Assembly: GCA_965204895.1 (NCBI GenBank) | Contig: OZ242025.1 | Coordinates: forward strand, 1,884,572-1,948,571 | Direction: 5' to 3' | Origin: Dehalococcoidia bacterium | Lineage (GTDB): Bacteria > Chloroflexota > Dehalococcoidia > Lucifugimonadales > UBA2985 | Length of the DNA stretch: 64,000 nucleotides | Shown: one piece after another, positions 16,432-25,665 of the stretch | Layout: every line of letters starts with the position of its first letter | Position numbering within the stretch: position 1 is the stretch's first letter | Made by a program: the position numbers and the translations under genes | The notes under the pieces: model-generated | What the model saw: the letters and a program-made list of their open reading frames with translations, nothing else | Told to the model about the DNA's origin: nothing | Databases searched by the model: none

Positions 16432-17349
16432 TTGAAGCAGGGTAGATTGTCGATCAGGGCGCTGAGAGGCGCTATTAAGCCGCTGTGGCTTGTTGCGATC
16501 CTGACGGCGGGAACGCTTCTGGTCGCAGCTTGTGCCGGCGGCGTAGGGCCCGCTGGGCCGCAGGGGCCTTCAGGGTCCGCAGGTCCGGCAGGTGTGCAGG
16601 GGCCGGCGGGTCTTGCAGGGCCTGTTGGACCCACGGGAGCCATTGGGCCACAGGGTCCCGTCGGACCGCGAGGCCCCATCGGGCCGCAAGGTGAGCAGGG
16701 GCCTGCAGGTTTGGACGCAATGGCCATGATGCCCAAGCCAAGCGATAAGATGGTCACTTTGTCCATCACAAACCTGACTCGTGGCCAGATTCTTTCGCCG
16801 GTATTTGTTGCACGGCACGACAAGTATGCGGGGCCACTGTATACGCTGGGCCAGCCGGCGAGTGAGTCCCTGGCCAAGATGGCGGAGGACGCCGATGCGT
16901 CCGGCCTGCTGGCGGACTGGTTGCCTGAGGGCAACGACAGCATAAGCGAGGCTATGGTGGTAACCCATGACGGAGGCCCAATACCGCCCGGCGCCACTGT
17001 GACTACAAGCTTTGAGGTCACGGACGGAAACCATCTGGTTTCATTTGCCAGCATGCTCGTCACCACAAACGACGCCTTCATAGGGGCGAGCGGGCTGGAC
17101 GTCTCAACGCCGCGCACCGTTAACCTGAACGCATACGACTCCGGCAGCGAGACCAACAGCGAGAGCTGTGCCTACATCCCCGGACCGCCTTGCGGCAACC
17201 ACGTTAAGGACGAGGCGGACGCCGAGGGTTACGTCCACGTCCATGCGGGCATTCACGGCGGGGAGGGCTCTGACCTTGCCCCGGCCATCCACGACTGGCG
17301 GAACCCCGTAGCCCGGCTGACCATAGTGGTGGAGGATATCGGAGGCTAG
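16432..17349 (+). CDS. Lipoprotein with collagen-like GXY repeats and a spondin_N-like domain
   Basis: The TTG at 16432 is preceded by GGAGGTG. A signal/lipobox follows ([17 protein letters not shown]). Then come 18 Gly-X-Y triplets ([55 protein letters not shown]). The rest carries [18 protein letters not shown] and [11 protein letters not shown], which are typical of spondin_N. Confidence 0.6.
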   Translation: MKQGRLSIRALRGAIKPLWLVAILTAGTLLVAACAGGVGPAGPQGPSGSAGPAGVQGPAGLAGPVGPTGAIGPQGPVGPRGPIGPQGEQGPAGLDAMAMMPKPSDKMVTLSITNLTRGQILSPVFVARHDKYAGPLYTLGQPASESLAKMAEDADASGLLADWLPEGNDSISEAMVVTHDGGPIPPGATVTTSFEVTDGNHLVSFASMLVTTNDAFIGASGLDVSTPRTVNLNAYDSGSETNSESCAYIPGPPCGNHVKDEADAEGYVHVHAGIHGGEGSDLAPAIHDWRNPVARLTIVVEDIGG

Positions 17350-17395
17350 GTTTCCACCCGGGCACAGAGTACCGGACACCGCGGAGAATGCGAAA

Positions 17396-17434
17396 GGAGG
17401 CGGGATTCAAAATCCCGCCTCCCGCTCTTTTTTT
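17396..17434 (+). terminator. Rho-independent terminator
   Basis: GGAGGCGGGATT-CAA-AATCCCGCCTCC followed by CGCTCTTTTTTT. Confidence 0.75.
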
Positions 17435-17550
17435 GTGGACCACGGTTGTCCCTGTAATGACAACTGCAGATGACGCAGTGCGCTTTTCGTAGAACTGGAA
17501 GCCTTTTGTACGCAAAGCGCGCAATTCGGAAATCGATTTGGGAGTAGGGG

Positions 17551-17579
17551 TTGTCATGTTGCCCCAGACGTTGTATATT
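17551..17579 (+). promoter_or_regulatory. Sigma70-like promoter of the ACAD tandem operon
   Basis: TTGTCA-N17-TATATT, about 115 nt upstream of the GTG start at 17693. Confidence 0.45.
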
Positions 17580-17692
17580 ACGCTGGACTACGTGTAGAAG
17601 AACGCGCGTCAACCAGGCTTGGGCGCAATTATGGAGAGCGGATTGAATTCGCAGAAGAACATAGAAAACCAAGAAGGAAGGGGGGACTAGTC

Positions 17693-18919
17693 GTGGACTT
17701 TGCGCTGCCGTACACGGAAGAGCAGGAACGGTTCCGACAGGAGGTGAGAGCCTGGCTGGCGGAGAACGTAGACGAGGACATGAAGGAGCCCGTGGATCCT
17801 GAGATGGACTTCACGGACGAGCTTGGCGAATACTGGAGGGAGAAGTACAAGGAGATAGCGGCCAAGGGCTGGCTGTATCCTACCTTTCCCACGGAGTACG
17901 GAGGCGGCGGTCTCACGGGCGACCACGAGACCATAATAGAGGAGGAGTTCAACCGGGCCAGGATTCCGGCCCACGTGAACAACATCCTGGCCGTGCCCGC
18001 CATTATGGTGTGGGGCACGGAGGAGCAGAAGCGCAAGTTCCTGCCGCCCATCCTCAGCGCGGAGGAGGTCTGCTGGCAGAAGTTCACGGAGCCGAAGGGC
18101 GGCGCCGACTTGGCGGACTACCAGAGCAAGGCCGTCCGCGACGGCGACGACTGGCTGCTGACCGGCTCCAACGTGTTCATCGGCGCACACGGCAAGACCG
18201 AGTGGCTCTTCGGCCCGATGATGACCGACCCGGACGCGCCCAGACACCGGAACCTGGGGTTCTTCATGATACCCGTTCCGTCCGATGGCCTCACCATCAA
18301 CGAGATGGACCTGCTCATCGGCCACAGGAAGCGGGCCATATTCCTGGACAACGTGCGGGTCCCGGGCGACCACCTCATCGGCGGCGACCACCAGGGCTGG
18401 CAGGTTGCCAACACCAGCCTTGAGCAGGAGCACGGCGGTCGAGGTCGGGCATTCCCCAGGGACAAGGTTGTGGACAACCTGGTGGACTTCGCCAAGGGAA
18501 CGTCGCAGGACGGCGGCGTAGTCGGCAGCGACCCCGTGGCGCAGCAGTCGACGATGGAGAACGTAATCGAGTCCCACATCCACAGCCTGCTGCTCAAGCG
18601 CACCTTCTGGATGTACCAGAACCAGATGCAGATCAACTACGAGGGCAACGTGGCGAACGTGTACGGCAGGGAGTCCAGCCTGCGCATCGCCTGGAGGGTG
18701 AGGGACGTAATGGGGATGTACGCCCTTCTGGGCACCAAGGAGCCGGGCGCTCCCCACGAGGGAGCTCAAGAGGTCAATCAGCGAGGCAGGGCCGGCCAGA
18801 ACCACGCCGGTGGCAGTACGAACATCGCCAAGGTCGTCCTTGCTCGCAGGATTGGAGTAAGCCGCACCAAGGAGCAGGCAGCGCCCACTCCTTCGACGGC
18901 TACGAGTCACGGCAGCTAG
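17693..18919 (+). CDS. Acyl-CoA dehydrogenase-fold protein, paralogue family A (operon gene 1)
   Basis: 408 aa with MDFALPYTEEQERFRQEVRAWLAEN and a C-terminal AGQNHAGGSTNIAKVVLARRIGVSRTKEQAAPTPSTATSHGS. Confidence 0.8.
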   Translation: MDFALPYTEEQERFRQEVRAWLAENVDEDMKEPVDPEMDFTDELGEYWREKYKEIAAKGWLYPTFPTEYGGGGLTGDHETIIEEEFNRARIPAHVNNILAVPAIMVWGTEEQKRKFLPPILSAEEVCWQKFTEPKGGADLADYQSKAVRDGDDWLLTGSNVFIGAHGKTEWLFGPMMTDPDAPRHRNLGFFMIPVPSDGLTINEMDLLIGHRKRAIFLDNVRVPGDHLIGGDHQGWQVANTSLEQEHGGRGRAFPRDKVVDNLVDFAKGTSQDGGVVGSDPVAQQSTMENVIESHIHSLLLKRTFWMYQNQMQINYEGNVANVYGRESSLRIAWRVRDVMGMYALLGTKEPGAPHEGAQEVNQRGRAGQNHAGGSTNIAKVVLARRIGVSRTKEQAAPTPSTATSHGS

Positions 18920-18969
18920 AGGCTGCCAAAATACAGGAACGGCAGGGCACATTAGAAAGGAGGAGACCA

Positions 18970-20193
18970 ATGGACTTTGCATTGCCCTATACACCGGAGC
19001 AGGAGGCGTTTCGAGCGGAGGTACGGGCCTGGCTTGAGGAGAACATCCCTGAAGAGATGAAGGAGCCCGTAGACGGACGAGAGTTCTCCAAGGAGCAGTA
19101 TCTGTTCTGGCGGGAGAAGCACCGGGAGCTGGCGGCCAAGGGCTGGCTGTACCCCACGCATCCCACGGAGTACGGCGGGGGCGGCCTGACCGGCGACCAC
19201 GAGACCATCCTCCAGGAGGAGATGCACAGGGCCAGGGCTGCCAATCCGCCCAACGCGGGGATAATCCTGTCCACGCTGCTTGTGTGGGCCACGGAGGAGC
19301 AGAAGCAGCAGTTCCTTGTCCCCATGCTCAAGGGCGAGATGCAGTCGTGGCAGAAGTTCACGGAGCCCAAGGGCGGCGCGGACCTGGCCGACTACCAGAG
19401 CCGAGCGGTACGCGACGGCGACGACTGGCTGCTGACCGGATCCAACGTGTTCGTGAGCGGACGGCCGAGGCCTGAGTGGAACGTAGGGCCCAACTACCTC
19501 TGGGGCCCCATGCTGACCGACCCGGACGCGCCTCGCCATCGGAACCTGGGATACTTCATGATCCCGGTGCCGTCTGAGGGACTTGAGATCAAGGAGCAGA
19601 ACCTGCTCAACGGCCACGACCAGCACGCCATATTCCTGGACAACGTGCGGGTACCGGGCGACCACCTCATCGGCGGCGACCACCAGGGCTGGCAGGTTGC
19701 CAGCACCACCCTTGAGCAGGAGCACGGCGGCCGCGGCCAGGCGTTCCCCAGCGACGAGGTAGTGGACAACCTGGTGGAGTTCGCCAAGAACGTCAACGGC
19801 TCCGACCCGCTGATTCAGCAGACCACCATGGACGCCGTCATCGACGCCCACAGGGACAGCCTGCTGGCGAAGCGCACCTACTGGATGTATCAGAGCCGGA
19901 TGGACATCAACTTCGAGGGCAACGTAGCCAACGTCCACAACCGCGAGCACGACATGCGCAACGCATGGAGGGTGCGGGACGTTATGGGGATGTACTCCCT
20001 TGTGGGCACGAAGGAGCCGGGCGCTCCTCACGGCGGCGCGCAGGAGGTCAACCAGCGCGGCAAGGCCGGCCAGAGGCACGCCGGTGGCAGCACCAACATC
20101 GCCAAGGTGATCCTGGCCCGCCGCATCGGCGTCAGCCGCACCAAGGAGCGAGCTGCCCCCACGCCCTCCACCGCCACCAGCCACGGCGGCTAG
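18970..20193 (+). CDS. Acyl-CoA dehydrogenase-fold protein, paralogue family A (operon gene 2)
   Basis: 407 aa, about 70% identical by eye to the preceding gene. Same N- and C-terminal signatures (…SRTKERAAPTPSTATSHGG). Confidence 0.8.
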   Translation: MDFALPYTPEQEAFRAEVRAWLEENIPEEMKEPVDGREFSKEQYLFWREKHRELAAKGWLYPTHPTEYGGGGLTGDHETILQEEMHRARAANPPNAGIILSTLLVWATEEQKQQFLVPMLKGEMQSWQKFTEPKGGADLADYQSRAVRDGDDWLLTGSNVFVSGRPRPEWNVGPNYLWGPMLTDPDAPRHRNLGYFMIPVPSEGLEIKEQNLLNGHDQHAIFLDNVRVPGDHLIGGDHQGWQVASTTLEQEHGGRGQAFPSDEVVDNLVEFAKNVNGSDPLIQQTTMDAVIDAHRDSLLAKRTYWMYQSRMDINFEGNVANVHNREHDMRNAWRVRDVMGMYSLVGTKEPGAPHGGAQEVNQRGKAGQRHAGGSTNIAKVILARRIGVSRTKERAAPTPSTATSHGG

Positions 20194-20243
20194 GAGCCGA
20201 CCGGTAATCACTGAGTGGTGAGGGAAATCAAGGAGGCTGACAA

Positions 20244-21491
20244 ATGGATTTCGCAATAGCGTATACAGAGGAACAGCAGCAGTTCCGCCAGGAGGTCAGG
20301 GACTGGATTGCCAAGAACGTCCCGGAGGAGATGAAGGAGCCGGTGGACAGCCGGGACTTCAGCGAGGAGCAGTGGCGCTTCTGGCGAGAGAAGCATATTG
20401 AAATGGGCGCCATGGGCTGGCTCTTCCCCACCTACCCGGCGGAGTACGGCGGCGGTGGGCTGTCCGGCGACCACGAGGCCATCCTCGCGGAGGAGTTCCG
20501 CGAGGCCCAGATACCCTGGAGCGGATCGTCCCTGCTCTTCGCCACCCTGCTTGTGTGGGGGACGGAGGAGCAGAGGCAGAAGTTCCTGGTACCGCTGCTG
20601 AAGGGCGAGAAGACGTCCTGGCAGAAGCTGACGGAGCCGAAGGGCGGCGCGGACCTGGCTAACTACCAGAGCCGAGCGGTACGCGACGGCGACGACTGGC
20701 TGCTGACGGGTTCCAACGTCTTCATCAGCGGACAGCCGCGTCCCGGTTGGACGCCGGCGGGCCCGGACTACTTGTACGGGCCAATGCTGACGGACCCGGA
20801 CGCACCGAGGCATCGGAACCTGGGGTACTTCATCATCCCGGTGCCGTCTGAGGGCCTGGACATCAAGGAGATGGAGCTTCTCCCCGGCCATGACCAGCAC
20901 GCCATCTTCATGGACAACGTGCGAGTCACCGGCGACCACCTTATCGGTGGAGAGACCCAGGGCTGGCAGGTCATGGGCGCACACCTTGAGCAGGAGCACG
21001 GCGGCCGAGGCCGCGCCGCTCCCAGCGCGAGGGACGCATTCGCCGCGGACATGGTCGAGTACACCAAGGAGACGACGCGCGACGGCAAGAAGCTGGGCAG
21101 CGACCCCGTGGTGCAGCAGACGGCTATGGAGGCCCTTATCGATTTCCACCGGGACAATATCCTGGGCCGGCGCACCTACTGGATGTACCAGAGCCGGATG
21201 GAGATCAACTACGAGGGCAACGTGGCCGACGTGCACAACCGCGAGCACCAGCTGCGGAACAACGTCAGGGTGCGCGACGTCATGGGCATGTACACCCTTC
21301 TGGACAGGCACGACCCCAGGGCTCCCCACGGCGGAGTCCAGGAAGTGAGCCAGAGGGACAAGGCCGGCCAGCGCCACGCCGGCGGCAGCACCAACATAGC
21401 GAAGGTGATTCTGTCGCGGCGCATCGGCATCAGCCGGACCCAGGAGCGGGCCGCGCCCACTCCTGCAACCGCTACCAAGCACGGTAGCTAG
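20244..21491 (+). CDS. Acyl-CoA dehydrogenase-fold protein, paralogue family A (operon gene 3)
   Basis: 415 aa with MDFAIAYTEEQQQFRQEVRDWIAKN and a C-terminal AGQRHAGGSTNIAKVILSRRIGISRTQERAAPTPATATKHGS. Confidence 0.8.
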   Translation: MDFAIAYTEEQQQFRQEVRDWIAKNVPEEMKEPVDSRDFSEEQWRFWREKHIEMGAMGWLFPTYPAEYGGGGLSGDHEAILAEEFREAQIPWSGSSLLFATLLVWGTEEQRQKFLVPLLKGEKTSWQKLTEPKGGADLANYQSRAVRDGDDWLLTGSNVFISGQPRPGWTPAGPDYLYGPMLTDPDAPRHRNLGYFIIPVPSEGLDIKEMELLPGHDQHAIFMDNVRVTGDHLIGGETQGWQVMGAHLEQEHGGRGRAAPSARDAFAADMVEYTKETTRDGKKLGSDPVVQQTAMEALIDFHRDNILGRRTYWMYQSRMEINYEGNVADVHNREHQLRNNVRVRDVMGMYTLLDRHDPRAPHGGVQEVSQRDKAGQRHAGGSTNIAKVILSRRIGISRTQERAAPTPATATKHGS

Positions 21492-21636
21492 GATCGACAC
21501 AGGAAGCAGCCGGGGATTGGGGCTTCGTCCAGAGGCCCCAATCCCTGCGCAGCCAAACTACGCCAGAATTGGCTATTGAATAGCGGGCCTTGGGTACCCG
21601 CGCGCCTGAAGCGGACTAACTATTTGGGGGGAAGGC

Positions 21637-22893
21637 TTGGACTTCGAGTACCAATATACTGAGGAACAGGAGCGGTTCCGGGCCGAGGTGGGCGCCTGGC
21701 TGGATGCAAATCTGCCCCAGGAGCTCAAAGACGCCGGGGACTGGCGCGACCTGGACTCAGCCGGGTGGGAACAGAGCAAGGCCTTCCAAATGAAGCTGGG
21801 CGAAAGGGGATGGCTGGCTCCCACAGACCCCGTCGAGCGGGGAGGGGGCGGTCTCTCAGCGGACTCCGCCCTTGTACTGATAGAGGAGCTGGGCAAGAGG
21901 GGGATGCGCTGGGCCCTGGAGCAGGGATCGTCATCCCTCAGAACGGCTCTCAAGCAGTGGGGCACTGAGGAGCAGCAGGACAGGTACCTGCCTGTCATAT
22001 CCCGGGGCCAGGCCACTCTCTGGCATCTCTTGATTGAGCCGGGCGCAGAGCTGGACTTGGACCAGCTGCAGATTCAGGCGAACCTGGACGGCGACGACTA
22101 CGTTCTCAACGGAGAGGGCGTGTTCGCAGGGCCGGGGCCAAGGCCGGACTACCTCTGGGCGCTGACGGTCACCGACCCCGAAGCTGAGCCACCCGCTACC
22201 GCTACGTTCCTGGTCCCCGCCGGCATGGAGGGACTGGAGATACACACTCCCGACACCCTTGTGGCCGGCGAGTCCCACCGGATCACCTTTGACAACGTGT
22301 GGGTGCCCTCCATCTGCCTGCTTGGCGGAGATGGCGAGGGCTGGTCAGTAATGCAGGACTCCCTTCTGGGAGACCCCCTGCTGGAGTACCCGCCGGAGCA
22401 GGACGAGGACGTGGCGAACCTTATCAAGTACGCCTCGGAGACCACCAAGTACGGTGTGGCGCTGAGCAAGCAGCCCTTCTACCAGCAGATGCTCATGGAG
22501 GTGTACACCAACAGCGAGATCGTACGCATATTCCGCATACGGAACGCCTGGATGGCCAGCACAGGCCAGAATCTCACGTACCACCAGGCGGAGACGGAGT
22601 TGCTGGAGAAGCAGGCGGCCCTCCGCCTGTCCCGGGTGGTCAGGGAGATAATGGGGATATTCGCCCTGCTGGGGGCGGATGACCCGATGGCCCCGGAGAG
22701 GGGCAAGTTCCAGGGGCACCAGAAGCGGAGCCTGTTCCGGCAGAACCCCACCGCCACGGGCGGGTTGGAAGTCCAGTCCGCCGCGATTGCGAAGCACCTG
22801 GGCTTCGACCCCCTGGAGGCCAAGGGGGCCCTTACCTTCCAGGACGAAGAAGAGGAAGAAGAGGAGGAGGAGGCTAGCGCACTGCCGTCGTAA
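21637..22893 (+). CDS. Divergent acyl-CoA dehydrogenase-fold protein with poly-Glu tail (operon gene 4)
   Basis: 418 aa with a TTG start. MDFEYQYTEEQERFRAEVGAWLDAN and WGTEEQQDRYLPVISRGQ resemble the family, but the rest is divergent. It ends FQDEEEEEEEEEASALPS. Confidence 0.65.
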   Translation: MDFEYQYTEEQERFRAEVGAWLDANLPQELKDAGDWRDLDSAGWEQSKAFQMKLGERGWLAPTDPVERGGGGLSADSALVLIEELGKRGMRWALEQGSSSLRTALKQWGTEEQQDRYLPVISRGQATLWHLLIEPGAELDLDQLQIQANLDGDDYVLNGEGVFAGPGPRPDYLWALTVTDPEAEPPATATFLVPAGMEGLEIHTPDTLVAGESHRITFDNVWVPSICLLGGDGEGWSVMQDSLLGDPLLEYPPEQDEDVANLIKYASETTKYGVALSKQPFYQQMLMEVYTNSEIVRIFRIRNAWMASTGQNLTYHQAETELLEKQAALRLSRVVREIMGIFALLGADDPMAPERGKFQGHQKRSLFRQNPTATGGLEVQSAAIAKHLGFDPLEAKGALTFQDEEEEEEEEEASALPS

Positions 22894-22995
22894 TGATGTA
22901 TAATCGGCTAGGCGCTGGAGTCGGACTGTGCAGAAGAGCATCGTCTGAGCCGGCTAACCAATATGGGAAAGAGCTAAATTTAGTAGGAGGTCACC

Positions 22996-24135
22996 ATGGA
23001 TCTATCGCTTACCGAAACCCAGACAATTCTTAGGGATGCGGCTAACAACGTCATGGAGGCTGAACTTCCCAAGCAGCGCGTTCGGGAAGTGGACGAGAGC
23101 GAAACGGGGTTCAACCAGCCCCTCTGGGAGAGAATGGCTAACCTGCAGTGGCTGGGAATGGTCATCCCGAACGAGCACGGCGGAACCGGAAACGACTACA
23201 CAACCCTGGCGGTCCTCTTTGAGGTGCTGGGATATCACGCCTGCTCAAGCCCGTTCCTGGACTCGTCCGTGCTCAGCGCGAACATCATCCTGGAAGCCGG
23301 CAGCGACGCGCAGAAGAGCAGCATTCTTCCTGCAATTGCAAGAGGCCAGCAGATCCTCACCACCGCCATCACCGAGCCCGAGTACGCCTGGGGTCCCGGC
23401 GCAGTCAAGATGTCGGCCTCCAGCAGTGGCGGCGGATACACTCTCAACGGCACCAAGGTGTTCGTGCCCTGGGCCCACGTAGCGGACCAGCTTCTTGTGG
23501 TGGCCCGCACCGGCAGCGGCGCTAATGCCGCCGACGGCATCTCAGTATTCCTGGTGGACAGGAACGCCAGCGGCGTAACCGTCCGGCAGCACAGCGGCTG
23601 GCTGGGCGACAAGGTCTGCGAAGTGAACTTCAACAACGTCCAGGTCGGCGCTGACGGCGTGGTTGGGGCGGCCGGCGGCGCTTGGGGCGCAGTTGAGAAG
23701 TCCATGGACAGAGCCACCTCCGTCCTCAACGCCTACATGGCGGGCGGCGCCCAGAGGGCGTACGAGATGTGCCGGGACTACAGCACCGAGCGCATCGCCT
23801 TCGGTGTGCCCATAGGAACGTTCCAGCGCGTGCAGGACCACATCATCGTTTCCTTGACCGAGGCCGAAGCCTCCAAGTGGACGGCTTACGAGGCTCTGTG
23901 GAGACTGGACAGCGGCAGGGACGACGCGGCAGTTGGCATCTCCATGGCCAAGGCCGTTGCCAGCGACGGCTTCAACAAGGCATGCGACGCCTCCCATAAC
24001 GTCCATGCCGGCGTGGGCGTAGACCTTGACCTGGGTCTCACCCACTACACCGCCCGGGCCCGCACATTCCAGCACTACCTGGGCGACGCCACCTACCATC
24101 GCCGCCGCATGGCGGAGCTGATGGAACTGGGCTAG
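22996..24135 (+). CDS. Acyl-CoA dehydrogenase, canonical length (operon gene 5)
   Basis: 379 aa with ITEPEYAWGPGAVKMSASSSGGGYTLNGTKVFVPWA and FGVPIGTFQRVQDH. The C-terminus is YLGDATYHRRRMAELM, like actinobacterial FadE-type subunits. Confidence 0.8.
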   Translation: MDLSLTETQTILRDAANNVMEAELPKQRVREVDESETGFNQPLWERMANLQWLGMVIPNEHGGTGNDYTTLAVLFEVLGYHACSSPFLDSSVLSANIILEAGSDAQKSSILPAIARGQQILTTAITEPEYAWGPGAVKMSASSSGGGYTLNGTKVFVPWAHVADQLLVVARTGSGANAADGISVFLVDRNASGVTVRQHSGWLGDKVCEVNFNNVQVGADGVVGAAGGAWGAVEKSMDRATSVLNAYMAGGAQRAYEMCRDYSTERIAFGVPIGTFQRVQDHIIVSLTEAEASKWTAYEALWRLDSGRDDAAVGISMAKAVASDGFNKACDASHNVHAGVGVDLDLGLTHYTARARTFQHYLGDATYHRRRMAELMELG

Positions 24136-24146
24136 ATCCCACAGGA

Positions 24147-24186
24147 CACGGCGGGTCGCTTTGTTGGCCCGCCGTGTTTTATTTTT
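24147..24186 (+). terminator. Rho-independent terminator closing the ACAD operon
   Basis: CACGGCGGG-N12-CCCGCCGTG followed by TTTTATTTTT. Confidence 0.75.
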
Positions 24187-24249
24187 GAGAAACGGCTGCC
24201 CCCCAGAGGGCAGCCTTCTACTATAGACTGGACCTGATGGAGGACTCTG

Positions 24250-24456
24250 ATGTCCTTTGTTGTATCGCCGCCTCCACCTCAGCAGCGGATGCACTTCATG
24301 GACGCGCTGGAAGAGGAGGGCATCGACTACTCCCGGGAGCCGGACGGGTACTACATTTATCTCAGGGACGGCCAGTGGGAGACGTGGGAGCGAATCCGCG
24401 TCAGATTTGATGTGGACGTGGTGGATGAGGATCCCGCTATGGTGGTGGATATTTAG
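24250..24456 (+). CDS. Small acidic hypothetical protein
   Basis: 68-aa ORF with a GGAGGA RBS 6 nt upstream. No family was recognised. Confidence 0.4.
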   Translation: MSFVVSPPPPQQRMHFMDALEEEGIDYSREPDGYYIYLRDGQWETWERIRVRFDVDVVDEDPAMVVDI

Positions 24457-24544
24457 GAGTGACAGCTTCACTTCGCTGTGCTCAGTGTTCTCAACACGAG
24501 TTGGTCATGGCAACATCCGTAGTGAACACAGCCTGCCCGGTCAT

Positions 24545-24583
24545 GGTGAGCTTGTCGAACCATTTGAGCGGGCGTACAACAGC
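24545..24583. repeat. Dispersed 39-bp repeat, copy B
   Basis: GGTGAGCTTGTCGAACCATTTGAGCGGGCGTACAACAGC matches 3048-3086 at 38 of 39 positions. REP-like half sites follow (…GCGCAGGAATGACGG). Confidence 0.7.
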
Positions 24584-24657
24584 TGTGCGGCCCCCGCTCA
24601 CACCCTTCGACAGGCTCAGGGTGAGCGGGAACAGGAGTTATTCCAAACAGCGCAGGA

Positions 24658-25368
24658 ATGACGGTTGGCGCGCGAGTAGTGGAGGTACGCTTGGTAGAGA
24701 CCGGCATTAGCGTTACGGGGTACAGCGTGGAGCCTCCTCCTGAGGGGGAGTCCGGGGAGCGAGTCATCCTGGACACCACCCTGGGAGAGGTAGGCTGTCT
24801 CTTCCATCGCACTAAGCCCTTGGAGATGGCGGTCTTGTGGGCGGGGTCGTGGAGGGGTGAGGGCCAGGGGCAGCGCACCAGCCCGATTTCCACGGCGGTC
24901 GCCGAACACCTGCTGGAAGACGGCATAGCATCCCTCATGCTGCGCTACCGGCAGAACGCCCAGCTGGGGGCGTGCATCCGGGATGCCCAGGCGGCCGTGT
25001 CCTTCCTGGAGGGGCAGGGCGTTCAGCGCATTGCCCTTGTGGGGCACTCCTTCAGTGGAGCCGTCGTTATTTCCGTGGCCCCACTCAGCCAGTCCATTGT
25101 TGCCGTTGTTGCCCTTGCCAGCCAGACGTACGGCGCCGCGAGCGTCCGGCATATCCATCCCAGGCCCATATTGCTGGTACACGGGACCGCGGACCAGCGG
25201 CTGGGGACTCACTGCTCGGAGCAGATCTACTCGTGGGCGAAGAAGCCCAAGGAGCTTGTCATCCTTGAGGACGCCTCCCACGGCCTGTGGGAGCGCAAGG
25301 ACGATCTGCTTCCGCTCCTGGGCGGCTGGCTGCGGGACAAGCTGCAAGCAGGCCCGCAGGCCGGCTGA
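24658..25368 (+). CDS. Alpha/beta hydrolase (dienelactone-hydrolase-like)
   Basis: Nucleophile elbow GHSFSG, then LLVHGTADQRL and DASHGL, consistent with a Ser-Asp-His triad. Confidence 0.7.
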   Translation: MTVGARVVEVRLVETGISVTGYSVEPPPEGESGERVILDTTLGEVGCLFHRTKPLEMAVLWAGSWRGEGQGQRTSPISTAVAEHLLEDGIASLMLRYRQNAQLGACIRDAQAAVSFLEGQGVQRIALVGHSFSGAVVISVAPLSQSIVAVVALASQTYGAASVRHIHPRPILLVHGTADQRLGTHCSEQIYSWAKKPKELVILEDASHGLWERKDDLLPLLGGWLRDKLQAGPQAG

Positions 25369-25505
25369 CGCTCTTGGCTTGCCGCGCTCTCTCACCGTCA
25401 TTCCTCGCTTCTCTTCGGGCGGCGCAACCTGGCCTGAGACGCGTCGTCTGACGGCTGGAGGCTTGGCGTATTGGGCGGAGATTTCGAGGAATCGCTCCGG
25501 GCTGC

Positions 25506-25534
25506 TTGCATTCTACATCGTTATGAGATATATT
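25506..25534 (+). promoter_or_regulatory. Sigma70-like promoter directly upstream of the 5S rRNA
   Basis: TTGCAT-N17-TATATT. The predicted start site falls about 7 nt downstream, at the 5' end of the 5S gene. Confidence 0.55.
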
Positions 25535-25542
25535 TAACTTGT

Positions 25543-25660
25543 CTCTGGTGGTTTTGGCGTGGTGGAACCACCCGTACCCATCTCGAACACGGAAGTGAAA
25601 CACCTCAGCGCCGACGATACTGCCCTGGCAACGGGGTGGGAAAATAGGTCACTGCCAGGG
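25543..25660 (+). rRNA. rrf: 5S ribosomal RNA
   Basis: CCCATCTCGAACACGGAAGTGAAACACCTCAGCGCCGACGATACTG…GGGAAAATAGGTCACTGCCAGGG matches conserved 5S loops. Terminal helix I pairs CTCTGGTGGT with ACTGCCAGGG. The ends are accurate to about 2 nt. Confidence 0.9.
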
Positions 25661-25665
25661 GCGCG

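Noticed and set aside
17687-21500. Full-length antisense ORFs (435, 434 and 430 aa) mirror the three tandem ACAD genes. Similar ones lie opposite the genes at 13735, 56335, 9064 and 38666.
   Set aside because: In a high-GC genome the sense codons TTA, CTA and TCA are rare, so the exactly antisense frame stays open. The products are Arg/Ala/Gly/Pro-rich and lack motifs, whereas the sense strands have clear ACAD, MFS and HtrA signatures.
22845-22872. The GAA/GAG run encoding nine consecutive Glu, considered as a slippage-prone contingency repeat.
   Set aside because: It is a mixed GAA/GAG codon run at the very 3' end of the gene. Any length change would stay in frame, and there is no evidence of phase variation.
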